64,000 bases of DNA, taken from assembly GCA_016926255.1 (NCBI GenBank), contig JAFGOY010000009.1, positions 28,414-92,413 on the forward strand. Reading direction: 5' to 3'. Shown here one piece after another: positions 46,262 to 54,785 of the stretch. Every line of letters starts with the position of its first letter. Within the stretch, counting starts at the first letter, position 1. The notes under the pieces are model-generated. The model was not told the DNA's origin and did not search any database. It saw only the letters and a program-made list of their open reading frames with translations. Origin of the DNA: Anaerolineae bacterium (GTDB lineage Bacteria > Chloroflexota > Anaerolineae > Aggregatilineales > UBA3940). A program made the position numbers and the translations under genes.

Positions 46262-46303
46262 GCATGGTTCGATTAGAGCGATAATAGAAAAGTTGAGACC
46301 TGG

Positions 46304-47080
46304 TCAGGTGTCAGAGGACAACCCAAGTGACTCCTCGGCCTTATCACAAAGCGACTGTCCACCTGCCGCAAGCCAGGCCAGGAGCGTGGGACTAGCATCC
46401 CACCCGGCTGAGGCTTCCCGGTAAATCCCACTACCCCAACGGTAGTAGTGCCGTGTTTCTGAAGGCCACTCCAAATAATCGCGGTTGATGACCCCATGCC
46501 CGCCGTTGTATCCGGCCATTGCGAGACCGGCATGTCCGCCTGAAAGGGACAGTCCATCGGTGAGATAGTTTATCCCTCGCCTTGCATTGGTATCCGGGTC
46601 AAAGGGCTGTTCATCATCGGAAAAGTGGAAGGGCATGACCTGGAAAAGACCCATAGCGCCAGCATATGATTCAACTGTATCGTTACCACAGGACTCGATC
46701 TGCATCAGCGTGGCGATCAGATTTGGATCAACGCTGTATTCCTTCCCCCATTTGAGCAGGTCGTCTTTCCAGTATTGCACTGAAGGCATAAATACGGGAG
46801 ACAGCGATGGCTCCGGCACCGGGCGGCGGCTTGGTGCCTCATACAACAGCGATACGACTGCCTCCTGCGGTTCCGAGATGGCTTCTTCTTCCTGGCGATT
46901 GATGGTGAAATCAATAATCTTCGCTTCGGAATCACCCAACCGATGAGCAACGAGGCTGAATCCAAAGACGGCAAGCGCAAGAAAAAAGAGGATTTCTAAC
47001 CACAAAGACCGGGTAAAAATCCCTCGTTTCTGCCCTTGTCGGGTTGGCATCTTCGCTTTAAGTTTGTTTTCCCTCTTCAA
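46304..47080 (-). CDS. membrane-anchored lytic transglycosylase (SLT domain)
   Basis: N-terminal TM and MQIESCGN...GAMGLFQVMP catalytic block. TTG start with a GAGGA SD. Confidence 0.82.
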   Translation of the reverse strand: MKRENKLKAKMPTRQGQKRGIFTRSLWLEILFFLALAVFGFSLVAHRLGDSEAKIIDFTINRQEEEAISEPQEAVVSLLYEAPSRRPVPEPSLSPVFMPSVQYWKDDLLKWGKEYSVDPNLIATLMQIESCGNDTVESYAGAMGLFQVMPFHFSDDEQPFDPDTNARRGINYLTDGLSLSGGHAGLAMAGYNGGHGVINRDYLEWPSETRHYYRWGSGIYREASAGWDASPTLLAWLAAGGQSLCDKAEESLGLSSDT

Positions 47081-47099
47081 CGGGAATCCTCATCATCAA

Positions 47100-47111
47100 G
47101 AACATATGTTC
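47100..47111. promoter_or_regulatory. candidate LexA (SOS/Cheo) box GAACATATGTTC
   Basis: A perfect GAAC-N4-GTTC palindrome 16 nt downstream of the SLT-gene -10 box and 20 nt upstream of its start. Confidence 0.5.
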
Positions 47112-47127
47112 ATCTTATCGCGCAGTG

Positions 47128-47156
47128 ATTGTAGCATGTCAGCGCAACCTGGTCAA
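47128..47156 (-). promoter_or_regulatory. promoter of the SLT gene
   Basis: On the minus strand, TTGACC-N17-TACAAT with TGc (extended -10). Confidence 0.6.
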
Positions 47157-47198
47157 TATTACCAGGACTCGATCACAGCAAGCAATGTAACCTCACGC

Positions 47199-47228
47199 TT
47201 GCCATCCGGTTAGAGTCGAGAGTACAAT
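47199..47228 (+). promoter_or_regulatory. promoter of the cNMP-binding gene
   Basis: TTGCCA-N18-TACAAT. The -10 box ends 9 nt before GTG 47238. Confidence 0.5.
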
Positions 47229-47237
47229 TTTGGGTAG

Positions 47238-47714
47238 GTGACCCAGCCAGGACAGCAAAGCGAGGCAAAAATCGTGGAACTATCAAAACTCCTGCGCAGT
47301 GTTGAAATGTTTTCAGGGTTGAATGACAGCCAATTCGAGAAACTGGCCGGTGTGTTCGAAGAACGTATCCTGCAAGCGGAGGAGGTTCTCTTTCGCCAGG
47401 GGGATGAAGGAAACTACCTCTGCCTGATTCGAGATGGATTCGTCGAGGTATTCATCGAGCCGGGGGAAGAAGACGAGGGACGAACCCTGGTCAACCTTGG
47501 GCCAGGGCAATCGGTGGGCGAGATGGCATTGATCGACCAGGGCGTGCGGTCAGCATCGGTCAGGGCAGCAACCGATGATACAATCGTGGCGATTGTATCG
47601 CGCCAGGCATTCGACCAGCTTTGTTCAGAGAACACCGATATCGGCTACCAGGTGATGCGGAATATCGCCGCAGACCTTTCATTCCGCCTGCGCCGCCGCG
47701 ACCTAACTGACTAG
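47238..47714 (+). CDS. stand-alone cyclic-nucleotide-binding domain protein
   Basis: FSGLNDSQFEKL...FRQGDEG...GEMALID...RSASVRA. Confidence 0.82.
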   Translation: MTQPGQQSEAKIVELSKLLRSVEMFSGLNDSQFEKLAGVFEERILQAEEVLFRQGDEGNYLCLIRDGFVEVFIEPGEEDEGRTLVNLGPGQSVGEMALIDQGVRSASVRAATDDTIVAIVSRQAFDQLCSENTDIGYQVMRNIAADLSFRLRRRDLTD

Positions 47715-47761
47715 TGACGAGATAAACCACCTACAGTCAAATCAAGAAAGGAACCCAACCG

Positions 47762-47974
47762 ATGATATATAAAGTAAGTTATGTCGTCGTTGGAGGTGAA
47801 CACCCCGGCGCAATTGCCAACGTCGAAGAGCCTCCGGAAATCGGTGACACGGTCACTCTGGGCAAGCAGACATTTCAGATCGTCGACGTGGTCGAGTTGA
47901 TGCCGCCGCGCGGCGGGTTTGCATTCCTTCATGCAACGTGCCAGCTCATTCCCCCAACATCATACGAGGAGTAG
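47762..47974 (+). CDS. hypothetical small protein (70 aa)
   Basis: ORF with an AAGGAA SD. No recognisable motif. Confidence 0.45.
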   Translation: MIYKVSYVVVGGEHPGAIANVEEPPEIGDTVTLGKQTFQIVDVVELMPPRGGFAFLHATCQLIPPTSYEE

Positions 47975-47978
47975 CCCA

Positions 47979-48371
47979 TTGCCTGCCGAGCTTGACTGGC
48001 TTGATAAGAGCCGCCAGATATTCGCCATCCGCCTGTACGATCCGTTTTCACCACTGGATATTGAGGGATTCCAGGAAGAATTGATTTCAGTCGTAGAAAC
48101 CCAGCTCCCAATCTACGTTCTCATCGACATTCGCAACTTCAAGGCAATGGAATCCCTGGCGCGGATGACGAATACGGATCGACCGTATCTGCCAGAGCTC
48201 TCACCCAATCAGAGAGAACAATCGCACCTTGCCGTTCTCGGCGGAGGTGCATTGGTGAAACTGATCTTCGGCCTGGTCGAAAATGCGGCTGATGGCGTAG
48301 AGTTTATCCGCCAGTTTGAGTATGAGGATGAAGCTTATTCCTGGTTGAGCGACTGCGCCATGCAAGTATAA
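47979..48371 (+). CDS. hypothetical protein (possible STAS/SpoIIAA-like fold)
   Basis: TTG 47979 preceded by GAGGAG. The track start at 47919 overlaps the previous ORF. The fold guess is weak. Confidence 0.45.
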   Translation: MPAELDWLDKSRQIFAIRLYDPFSPLDIEGFQEELISVVETQLPIYVLIDIRNFKAMESLARMTNTDRPYLPELSPNQREQSHLAVLGGGALVKLIFGLVENAADGVEFIRQFEYEDEAYSWLSDCAMQV

Positions 48372-48424
48372 AAAACGCCGTACATCAGCATGTACGGCGC
48401 GTATCGCTCATACGACAAAGGTGA

Positions 48425-49198
48425 TCAACCGGTACGCAGTGGTATCTCCATCATATCCTCACACAAGAACAGCGGGCCGTTGAACGTGCCGGCTGCTTCA
48501 TCCAGCAAGGCGCTGTAATCATCTTTTCCCCAGACGTTGTAATGGATCAATCCCAGTCGTTTGGCTCCCGCTTCCTGAGCAATCGCCCCGGCCTGCGCCG
48601 CGCTGGAGTGCCCCAGTGGTTCATCGCCGGTCGCTTCGTGGAGCAAGAGATCGGCCCCCTGGCTCAGGCGAACCGTTTCCGGACAGGGAACGGTATCAGA
48701 TGAATAGGCAAGAACAAAACCGGTCTGCTTTACGACGACCCGAATGCCGACGGTCGGGACGTAGTGCCTGACCGGTGAAGCGGTAATCGTAAAATCGGGG
48801 TTGTCGAGAACGAGAATGCCTTCACGCTCCGGGAGATGATGAAACGCGACCGGGAAGAATCCCGGCCATTCATCCCAGTGATAGGCCATCATCAGGTCTT
48901 CGACACGCTGCAGACAGTGATGCAAACCGTAAATCCGCACCGGGGATTTGCGGCCAACCAGCCAGGAAGCCATCAACAACTGGGGCACCGAGCCGACATG
49001 GTCAGGATGAAAGTGTGTCAGAATGATGTCGGTAAACTCTTCAAGGCCAATGCCAATCTTTGCCAGGTTAACCAGGGGACGCCCCATGCAATCAATCATG
49101 ATTGCACTGTTATCCCCATGCAGGACCATATGGGAGTTTTCGTGGTCCGCGTCGGGTACTGCCGAGGCAGAACCAAGTATCACCAGCCTGGGAATCAT
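48425..49198 (-). CDS. MBL-fold metallo-hydrolase (RNase Z-like)
   Basis: THFHPDHVG motif. ATG 49198 (MIPRLVILGSASA) avoids overlap with the upstream permease gene. Confidence 0.82.
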   Translation of the reverse strand: MIPRLVILGSASAVPDADHENSHMVLHGDNSAIMIDCMGRPLVNLAKIGIGLEEFTDIILTHFHPDHVGSVPQLLMASWLVGRKSPVRIYGLHHCLQRVEDLMMAYHWDEWPGFFPVAFHHLPEREGILVLDNPDFTITASPVRHYVPTVGIRVVVKQTGFVLAYSSDTVPCPETVRLSQGADLLLHEATGDEPLGHSSAAQAGAIAQEAGAKRLGLIHYNVWGKDDYSALLDEAAGTFNGPLFLCEDMMEIPLRTG

Positions 49199-49226
49199 GT
49201 GCTGCCATCCTCTCGGTAAGTAATGT

Positions 49227-50729
49227 TCAGCCTCCGGCAATCCACAACACAATCGCTGGCGTTACGTAGATTTCGACCGCGGCGGCCACTACCAGTACCG
49301 GCATGATCAAAACAATCCACAGCCGGGTTGCATCGGCCAATGCAACCATCCAGCCTTCTCCAATGGTCTTGCCCGGTGGGGGAGAAATAATACTGGCTCC
49401 CAACCGCAGGGCAACGGCCCCGGCCAGAATCGCAGCGGGAATTTCGAGCAGGCTGTGGGGAATGAGCGCGGCCCATAACACAGCCGGTTCCATCCCGGCG
49501 ACAACCATCTGCGATACCAGATAACCCACCAGCGCCGTCGGTACCATCAGGATCAAAACCAGGAGTATCCCAAAAGAAAACACGGCCAGGACCGATGCAA
49601 TGACCAGCACGCGCAGGTTTTGACCTATCACCAATAATACACCTGTCAACCCGTGCAGGCCAGTCCGGATCAGCACTTCGGAAAACCGGGTGTACCAGTC
49701 ATCAAACACGAACACTTCGGGGGGAATGACATATATCCGGGCATACCGGATACCGATGAAATACCCGACAGTCATTCCCAGGACAATCAGGACAACGGCA
49801 TAGCGAATTTGCCAGACGACGCCGAACACTTTCTCACGATACCACATCCAGAACGATTGGCCGGGACGACGTTCCCAGACCAGACGCCACCATTTCTTGA
49901 CGATTGCATACAGGTTCAATTCGTCGATTTCACGGCCAATCAATTCTTCACGGTTAAACGCGCGAACGCCCATCCGCACCAGCACGATATCAAGGAGCAG
50001 CAGCCCGGCAAATATCCACCAGAGCACGTTGTAACGCGCCCAGAACATGATGATCGCCTCAGCCTGGACCAGAAACGACATCGGGATAATGATGAAGCTG
50101 GAAAGCAGGTTTGCCGCCCTGACGCTGGTCGTCTGGCTGGAGACAATGACCGCACCGGAAACCATGATCAATGCCTGGGCGATGGTAAGCAGAATGATCT
50201 GTACCAGAAGGATAAACGGCGGGCGATAGTCGATATTGAAATAGACTCCGACCAGATAGACAGTGATCCCCAGCAGGCTTCCCAGCAAGGGAGGGATGGT
50301 CGAGCTGAGGGTCTTGCCGATATACAACTGGACATTGGTCAGCGGGGTCGAGAGGAGTGGTTCGAGGCTGCGCCGCTCCTTCTCGCCGACAAAGCTTTCC
50401 AGGGCGATGATCAGGGAGAAGGAGATCGGGAAGAAGCCGACTACCATCAGCAGGAACGGGACGAGCCGTTCACCAACGATCTCGGCACCATATTCGGATA
50501 CCCACTGCATCATCCGCCCGGCTCCCCAGTTGGCAATCGACGGGAAGATGATGGTCAGGATGATGATCGGCGCGAGAATCCGCCAGTCGCGGTACATATC
50601 GACGACTTCACGGCGGGTGATGATCAACGCGCGGGAAAGGTTCCAGCGCAGCAGTTTGAACCAGCGTTTGACGCCTTTACCGGTCTGCTCAATCGACGGC
50701 GTCAGAATGATGGCACTATCCATAGTCAC
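49227..50729 (-). CDS. ABC-2 type permease fused to a SpoIIM/DUF95-like domain
   Basis: N-terminal half has ESFVGEKERRSLEPLLSTP (NatB-like). C-terminal half has PHSLLEIPAAILAGAVALRLG (SpoIIM signature). Confidence 0.75.
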   Translation of the reverse strand: MTMDSAIILTPSIEQTGKGVKRWFKLLRWNLSRALIITRREVVDMYRDWRILAPIIILTIIFPSIANWGAGRMMQWVSEYGAEIVGERLVPFLLMVVGFFPISFSLIIALESFVGEKERRSLEPLLSTPLTNVQLYIGKTLSSTIPPLLGSLLGITVYLVGVYFNIDYRPPFILLVQIILLTIAQALIMVSGAVIVSSQTTSVRAANLLSSFIIIPMSFLVQAEAIIMFWARYNVLWWIFAGLLLLDIVLVRMGVRAFNREELIGREIDELNLYAIVKKWWRLVWERRPGQSFWMWYREKVFGVVWQIRYAVVLIVLGMTVGYFIGIRYARIYVIPPEVFVFDDWYTRFSEVLIRTGLHGLTGVLLVIGQNLRVLVIASVLAVFSFGILLVLILMVPTALVGYLVSQMVVAGMEPAVLWAALIPHSLLEIPAAILAGAVALRLGASIISPPPGKTIGEGWMVALADATRLWIVLIMPVLVVAAAVEIYVTPAIVLWIAGG

Positions 50730-50738
50730 ACCAACACT

Positions 50739-51665
50739 TTATAGAGGAGCGTCACTCTGAGAGACGACACGCATGTAGACTTCTTCGAGACTCTGCGGGA
50801 CTTCACTCAAGGTGACGACATCAATTCCGAGCGAGGCAAGTTTCTTGATAACCAGCGGATTGGTCACCGTTGGGCTTTCGACGCGATACCTGATCCAGCC
50901 GTAGCCTTGGCTTTCGACATCGACCAGACCGTCGAGAGTCTTGACCAACCCGTTAAGGCTTCCCCCTACCCTGAGTTCAAGCAGCGGCGGGCCAAGCAGC
51001 CGCGCCTTGAGTTCCAGGGCAGTGCCGCTGGCAATGATCTCTCCGCGCCGGATGATGGCAATCCGATCCGAGAGCTCTTCCGCTTCGGGGAGATTGTGGG
51101 AACAGAGAATGATCGTCCGGCCATCACCGCGCAGGTCGCGGATGGCATCACGAACCAGGCGTGCACTGTGCGGGTCCATCGCCGAGGTCGGCTCGTCGAG
51201 AAGCAGCACGGGGGGATCGTGGAGCATGGCGCGGATCAGGGCCAGCTTCTGGCGCATCCCCTTCGAATATTCGCCAAGCCGCTGTTCCAACACATCGGCC
51301 ATCCCAAAACGACCGGCGAGCGCCAACCCGCGACTGGATCGCGTGTCGGCGTCAAGGCCGTACAGCCGACCGAAGAAGTCGAGGTACTCGCGGCCATTCA
51401 TCCGCAGGTACAGCCCGTGCTGTTCAGTCAGGACGCCAACGCTGGCGCGGACTTTTTCAGCCTGGGAAACCACGTCGAAGCCACCAACGGTGGCACTGCC
51501 CGATGTCGGGTTGAGAACGGAGGTCAGCATTCGAACTGTTGTCGTCTTGCCTGCCCCATTCGGGCCAAGCAGCGCCAGGACTTCACCGGGCCGGACATTC
51601 AGATTCACGTCTTTGACAGCGACAAATTCATCGAACAGCTTGGTTAAATCATTGGTTTCGATCAT
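50739..51665 (-). CDS. ABC transporter ATP-binding protein
   Basis: GPNGAGKTT, YSKGMRQKL (signature), LLLDEPTSAMD. Confidence 0.93.
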   Translation of the reverse strand: MIETNDLTKLFDEFVAVKDVNLNVRPGEVLALLGPNGAGKTTTVRMLTSVLNPTSGSATVGGFDVVSQAEKVRASVGVLTEQHGLYLRMNGREYLDFFGRLYGLDADTRSSRGLALAGRFGMADVLEQRLGEYSKGMRQKLALIRAMLHDPPVLLLDEPTSAMDPHSARLVRDAIRDLRGDGRTIILCSHNLPEAEELSDRIAIIRRGEIIASGTALELKARLLGPPLLELRVGGSLNGLVKTLDGLVDVESQGYGWIRYRVESPTVTNPLVIKKLASLGIDVVTLSEVPQSLEEVYMRVVSQSDAPL

Positions 51666-51788
51666 CTAACACCATCGGTTGAAAGCAGCCACACAACGTC
51701 ATCATAATCGTATCGCGCCGGATTTGAAGGCACAATACCCCAACGCTCCTATAGAGGCGGTTGTAATAGAAACGTATAGCAGAATACG

Positions 51789-52622
51789 CTATACCTTTTC
51801 TGCCGTCACGAACCAGTTGTGCGGCATGTCGGGCATCAAGGTGGGGATTACCGGTAAAACCCAGCGGTCGTAGTTTGCATCGGGCTGGCCCCCCTGGGTC
51901 AGAGCAGCTTCCCAGCCTCTTTCGGCGAGGAACCCGACCGGATCGTCCAGCGAGCCAATCCAGGGCGCACCTGCTTCCGCCTGCATGTCGAGCCAGGAGC
52001 GTGTCAACGGGTGGGTGAGTGTTATACGATTGACGATATCAAATCCCAACCAGCTACCCGGCGAGGCTAACCGACTGGCCTCGTCCAGTATCCTGACAAT
52101 CGCTTCGTCCGGGATGTAGAAGAGAAAGCCTTCGAGCAGCCAGCAGGAAGGCTGCTGCGGGTCGAAGCCTGCTGCGCCGAGCGCGTCCGCCCAGTCTTCG
52201 GTCAGGTCGATGCCAATCGTCCGGCGGTGGCAGGCAGGCTGCGCACCGGCCTGGGCGAGGATCGACTCTTTGTGCGCCAATACCGACGCCTGATCCAGTT
52301 CGAAAACCTGCGTCTCCTCCGGCCAGTCGAGCCGGAAGGCCCGCGTATCTAACCCTGCCGCCATCAATACGATCTGGCGAATCCCGTTCTCGCGGGCGAT
52401 TCGCTGAAGAAAACCATCGAAATAATGTGTGCGGATGATTATCGGGGCAACGCTGTCAGGCGTCCGCCCCTTCATCCACTCCCGGCCCTGCTCACCAGCC
52501 AGCGATTCGGCCCAGGGGTCTTCAAAGAGCCTGTCGGCACGTGTATTCTCATAGGCACGAACAGACGCCGTCCATAAAGCCGTTCGCCCTAGCGTATCAC
52601 CGAGACTGGTTGTCTCTGACAT
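51789..52622 (-). CDS. class I SAM-dependent methyltransferase (LCMT / TIGR00027-like)
   Basis: TALWTASVRAYE...DPWAESLAG...VLMAAGLDTRAFRL. Confidence 0.75.
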   Translation of the reverse strand: MSETTSLGDTLGRTALWTASVRAYENTRADRLFEDPWAESLAGEQGREWMKGRTPDSVAPIIIRTHYFDGFLQRIARENGIRQIVLMAAGLDTRAFRLDWPEETQVFELDQASVLAHKESILAQAGAQPACHRRTIGIDLTEDWADALGAAGFDPQQPSCWLLEGFLFYIPDEAIVRILDEASRLASPGSWLGFDIVNRITLTHPLTRSWLDMQAEAGAPWIGSLDDPVGFLAERGWEAALTQGGQPDANYDRWVLPVIPTLMPDMPHNWFVTAEKV

Positions 52623-52756
52623 CGTTTAACTCTCCTTGTGTACGCGGAATGGGAATGCAGTTATATCTACCAAAAACCGCGCCGGTTATCGAAGAACCTG
52701 GAGCCAGTTTTCCACATTCAGTGTAGTCAGTTTTCGACACAGTCAACTATCAAAAT

Positions 52757-53638
52757 TTACCAACCGCCAGTAGAAACCCGGTTCCTGATCAATGCAACGA
52801 TCCCGGCAGCAAGCCAGCCGACCAACACCACGACCTGCATCCCGGTCAGGCCGAACAAGAGATAAGAAACATCGATGCGGAGAAAATCGGCGAGAAACAA
52901 GCCAAGCGACATTGCCACCATCGACAGGGTGGTGATCGTGCTGTCAGAAAACCGATCCGCCTCTTTTTTCGAAAGGATCAGACAGGCGATCACTACCAGC
53001 AACGCCCAGAGAGAAACATAAACCGGTGTGGGGTGGAAGCGAAGATCAGCCGGATAGAGCGACAGATCATCATAGGGAGGGATGCAATAATTGTTCACCA
53101 TACCCCAGGGCAGACGAGTCGGAGGACCGAACAACTGGCGGGCGGGCACGTTGGCCCAGGGCGCGATCACGAGAAAAAGGAGGGCACCGGGCCAGATCGC
53201 ATTGAACCAGACAGGGAGATCGAGTTTACTGCGTTTGATCACATAGACGAACGTACCGACGGCCCCGATCAACACACCGGCGGGTTCGATCCCCCCACTC
53301 CAGAAGGCCAGCGGGCCGATCTGGAGATCGAAGAAATGGGACAGGAACCAGCGGCGGTCGTATACGACCGCGACAGACGGCGGCGGGTTCAAAATGAAGA
53401 TCAGGCGACCAACGACCATACCACCAACCAGCATCCAGGTGAGCAGCGTAAGGACGATCTCAGCATCAAGGCCGCGACGACGAGCGGACAGAAAGCCAAG
53501 CCCTCCGCCAGTAGCCAGCGCCGCGAGAGCGATCAAGGCAAACCAGGTGATCGTCACCGGGCCGAATTCAAACCCAACCGCCGACAAATTCAATACTCGC
53601 CTCCAATCAGAAGATTCAATTCGAGATATGGTATACAC
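52757..53638 (-). CDS. lgt: prolipoprotein diacylglyceryl transferase-like membrane protein
   Basis: Seven TM segments, VVGRLIF and FHPTPVY blocks resembling Lgt motifs. Confidence 0.65.
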   Translation of the reverse strand: MYTISRIESSDWRRVLNLSAVGFEFGPVTITWFALIALAALATGGGLGFLSARRRGLDAEIVLTLLTWMLVGGMVVGRLIFILNPPPSVAVVYDRRWFLSHFFDLQIGPLAFWSGGIEPAGVLIGAVGTFVYVIKRSKLDLPVWFNAIWPGALLFLVIAPWANVPARQLFGPPTRLPWGMVNNYCIPPYDDLSLYPADLRFHPTPVYVSLWALLVVIACLILSKKEADRFSDSTITTLSMVAMSLGLFLADFLRIDVSYLLFGLTGMQVVVLVGWLAAGIVALIRNRVSTGGW

Positions 53639-53671
53639 CCTACCAGTTTAACACCAGAACCCGGATCAACT

Positions 53672-53701
53672 TTGACAGCAAACCCCTGAAAACTTTATAC
53701 T
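53672..53701 (+). promoter_or_regulatory. promoter of the FHA gene
   Basis: TTGACA-N18-TATACT. Confidence 0.55.
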
Positions 53702-53747
53702 TTAGCTATATTACTGATCCGCGACCAGTCCAGTCAAAGAACCTGCC

Positions 53748-54575
53748 ATGAGACTTGTAGTATCCGATGGCCGTATTTATAAACTGACACGCCCATTCAT
53801 CACCATGGGGCGCAGTGCCACGCGGGATATCGTCATTCCCGATCCCCGCGTATCGCGGCATCATGCGGTGCTGCGACAGTATTCCGAATCATACATCCTA
53901 AGCGATGTCGGCAGCACAAATGGCACGTTCGTAAACGGACTGCGAATCGCCGATACACATATCCTCCAGCACGGGGATACGATCCGGATGGGGACGATCA
54001 CGCTCCTGTTTCAGCATGAACAACTCCTCCAGTATGAGCCAGCCGACAAAAAGCCCCAACAATCATTTGACGAACCGCTGACCGGGCTGGAAGATGCACC
54101 AATCGATCTGCTCGACATCCCGATGACTTCAGAACCGGCAGTGGAGAACGAACTATCTTCGGCCAAGACAGCCCCTCTGGAAGACCCTGATTCGACCGTC
54201 AAGGATAGTAACGACACCGACCTACAGATCGAGAAAATTCTGCACGAACTGACACTGGGAGGCGGCAAAAAGCGGCTGGTAAGGAAACTCGTCCGTAATG
54301 GCAAAGACAGGCAGGAAGCCGAAAAACTGGTTCACAAGGCATCAAAGAACCTGAACAAATACAAAACCAGTGAAGCCGGTCAGCAGGCCATAGCCGAACG
54401 AGCGATCATGCAGATGGTGCCCGCCGGGCTGCTGTTCCTGTTAGGGCTGGCCAGTACTACATTTTTGTATATCGTGACGCAGCCCAGGTGGTATTACTGG
54501 TTTCTCTGGCTGGCGGTTCTGGCCGGCGCGGCGGTTTTCCTCCGGGCGTTTTCTCAGTGGCTTAACACTCGCTAG
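53748..54575 (+). CDS. FHA-domain protein with a C-terminal membrane anchor
   Basis: ITMGRSATRDIVIPDPRVSRHHAVL...GSTNGTFVNG, and two C-terminal TM segments. Confidence 0.85.
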   Translation: MRLVVSDGRIYKLTRPFITMGRSATRDIVIPDPRVSRHHAVLRQYSESYILSDVGSTNGTFVNGLRIADTHILQHGDTIRMGTITLLFQHEQLLQYEPADKKPQQSFDEPLTGLEDAPIDLLDIPMTSEPAVENELSSAKTAPLEDPDSTVKDSNDTDLQIEKILHELTLGGGKKRLVRKLVRNGKDRQEAEKLVHKASKNLNKYKTSEAGQQAIAERAIMQMVPAGLLFLLGLASTTFLYIVTQPRWYYWFLWLAVLAGAAVFLRAFSQWLNTR

Positions 54576-54592
54576 AAATCTGCACAGGTTTA

Positions 54593-54621
54593 TTGTAAAG
54601 CCCCAGGCCATGCGGTATACT
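54593..54621 (+). promoter_or_regulatory. promoter of tRNA-Pro
   Basis: TTGTAA-N17-TATACT, about 45 nt upstream of the tRNA. Confidence 0.55.
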
Positions 54622-54666
54622 AACCGCCGCCCTGGATGAATAACCCGATAGCATCCAGATCGCAAA

Positions 54667-54741
54667 CGGGGCGTGGCGCAGCTTGGACAGCGCGCACGGT
54701 TCGGGTCCGTGAGGCCGCCGGTTCAAATCCGGCCGCCCCGA
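54667..54741 (+). tRNA. tRNA-Pro: tRNA-Pro (anticodon CGG)
   Basis: Acceptor stem CGGGGCG/CGCCCCG, anticodon stem CACGG/CCGTG with loop TTCGGGT, T-loop GGTTCAAATCC. CCA is not fully encoded. Confidence 0.93.
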
Positions 54742-54745
54742 CCTT

Positions 54746-54784
54746 CAGGACTGGCTTGTCAGCAGGCCAGTCCTGTTCTTTTTC
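54746..54784 (+). terminator. intrinsic terminator after tRNA-Pro
   Basis: CAGGACTGGC/GCCAGTCCTG 10-bp stem followed by TTCTTTTT. Confidence 0.8.
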
Positions 54785-54785
54785 C

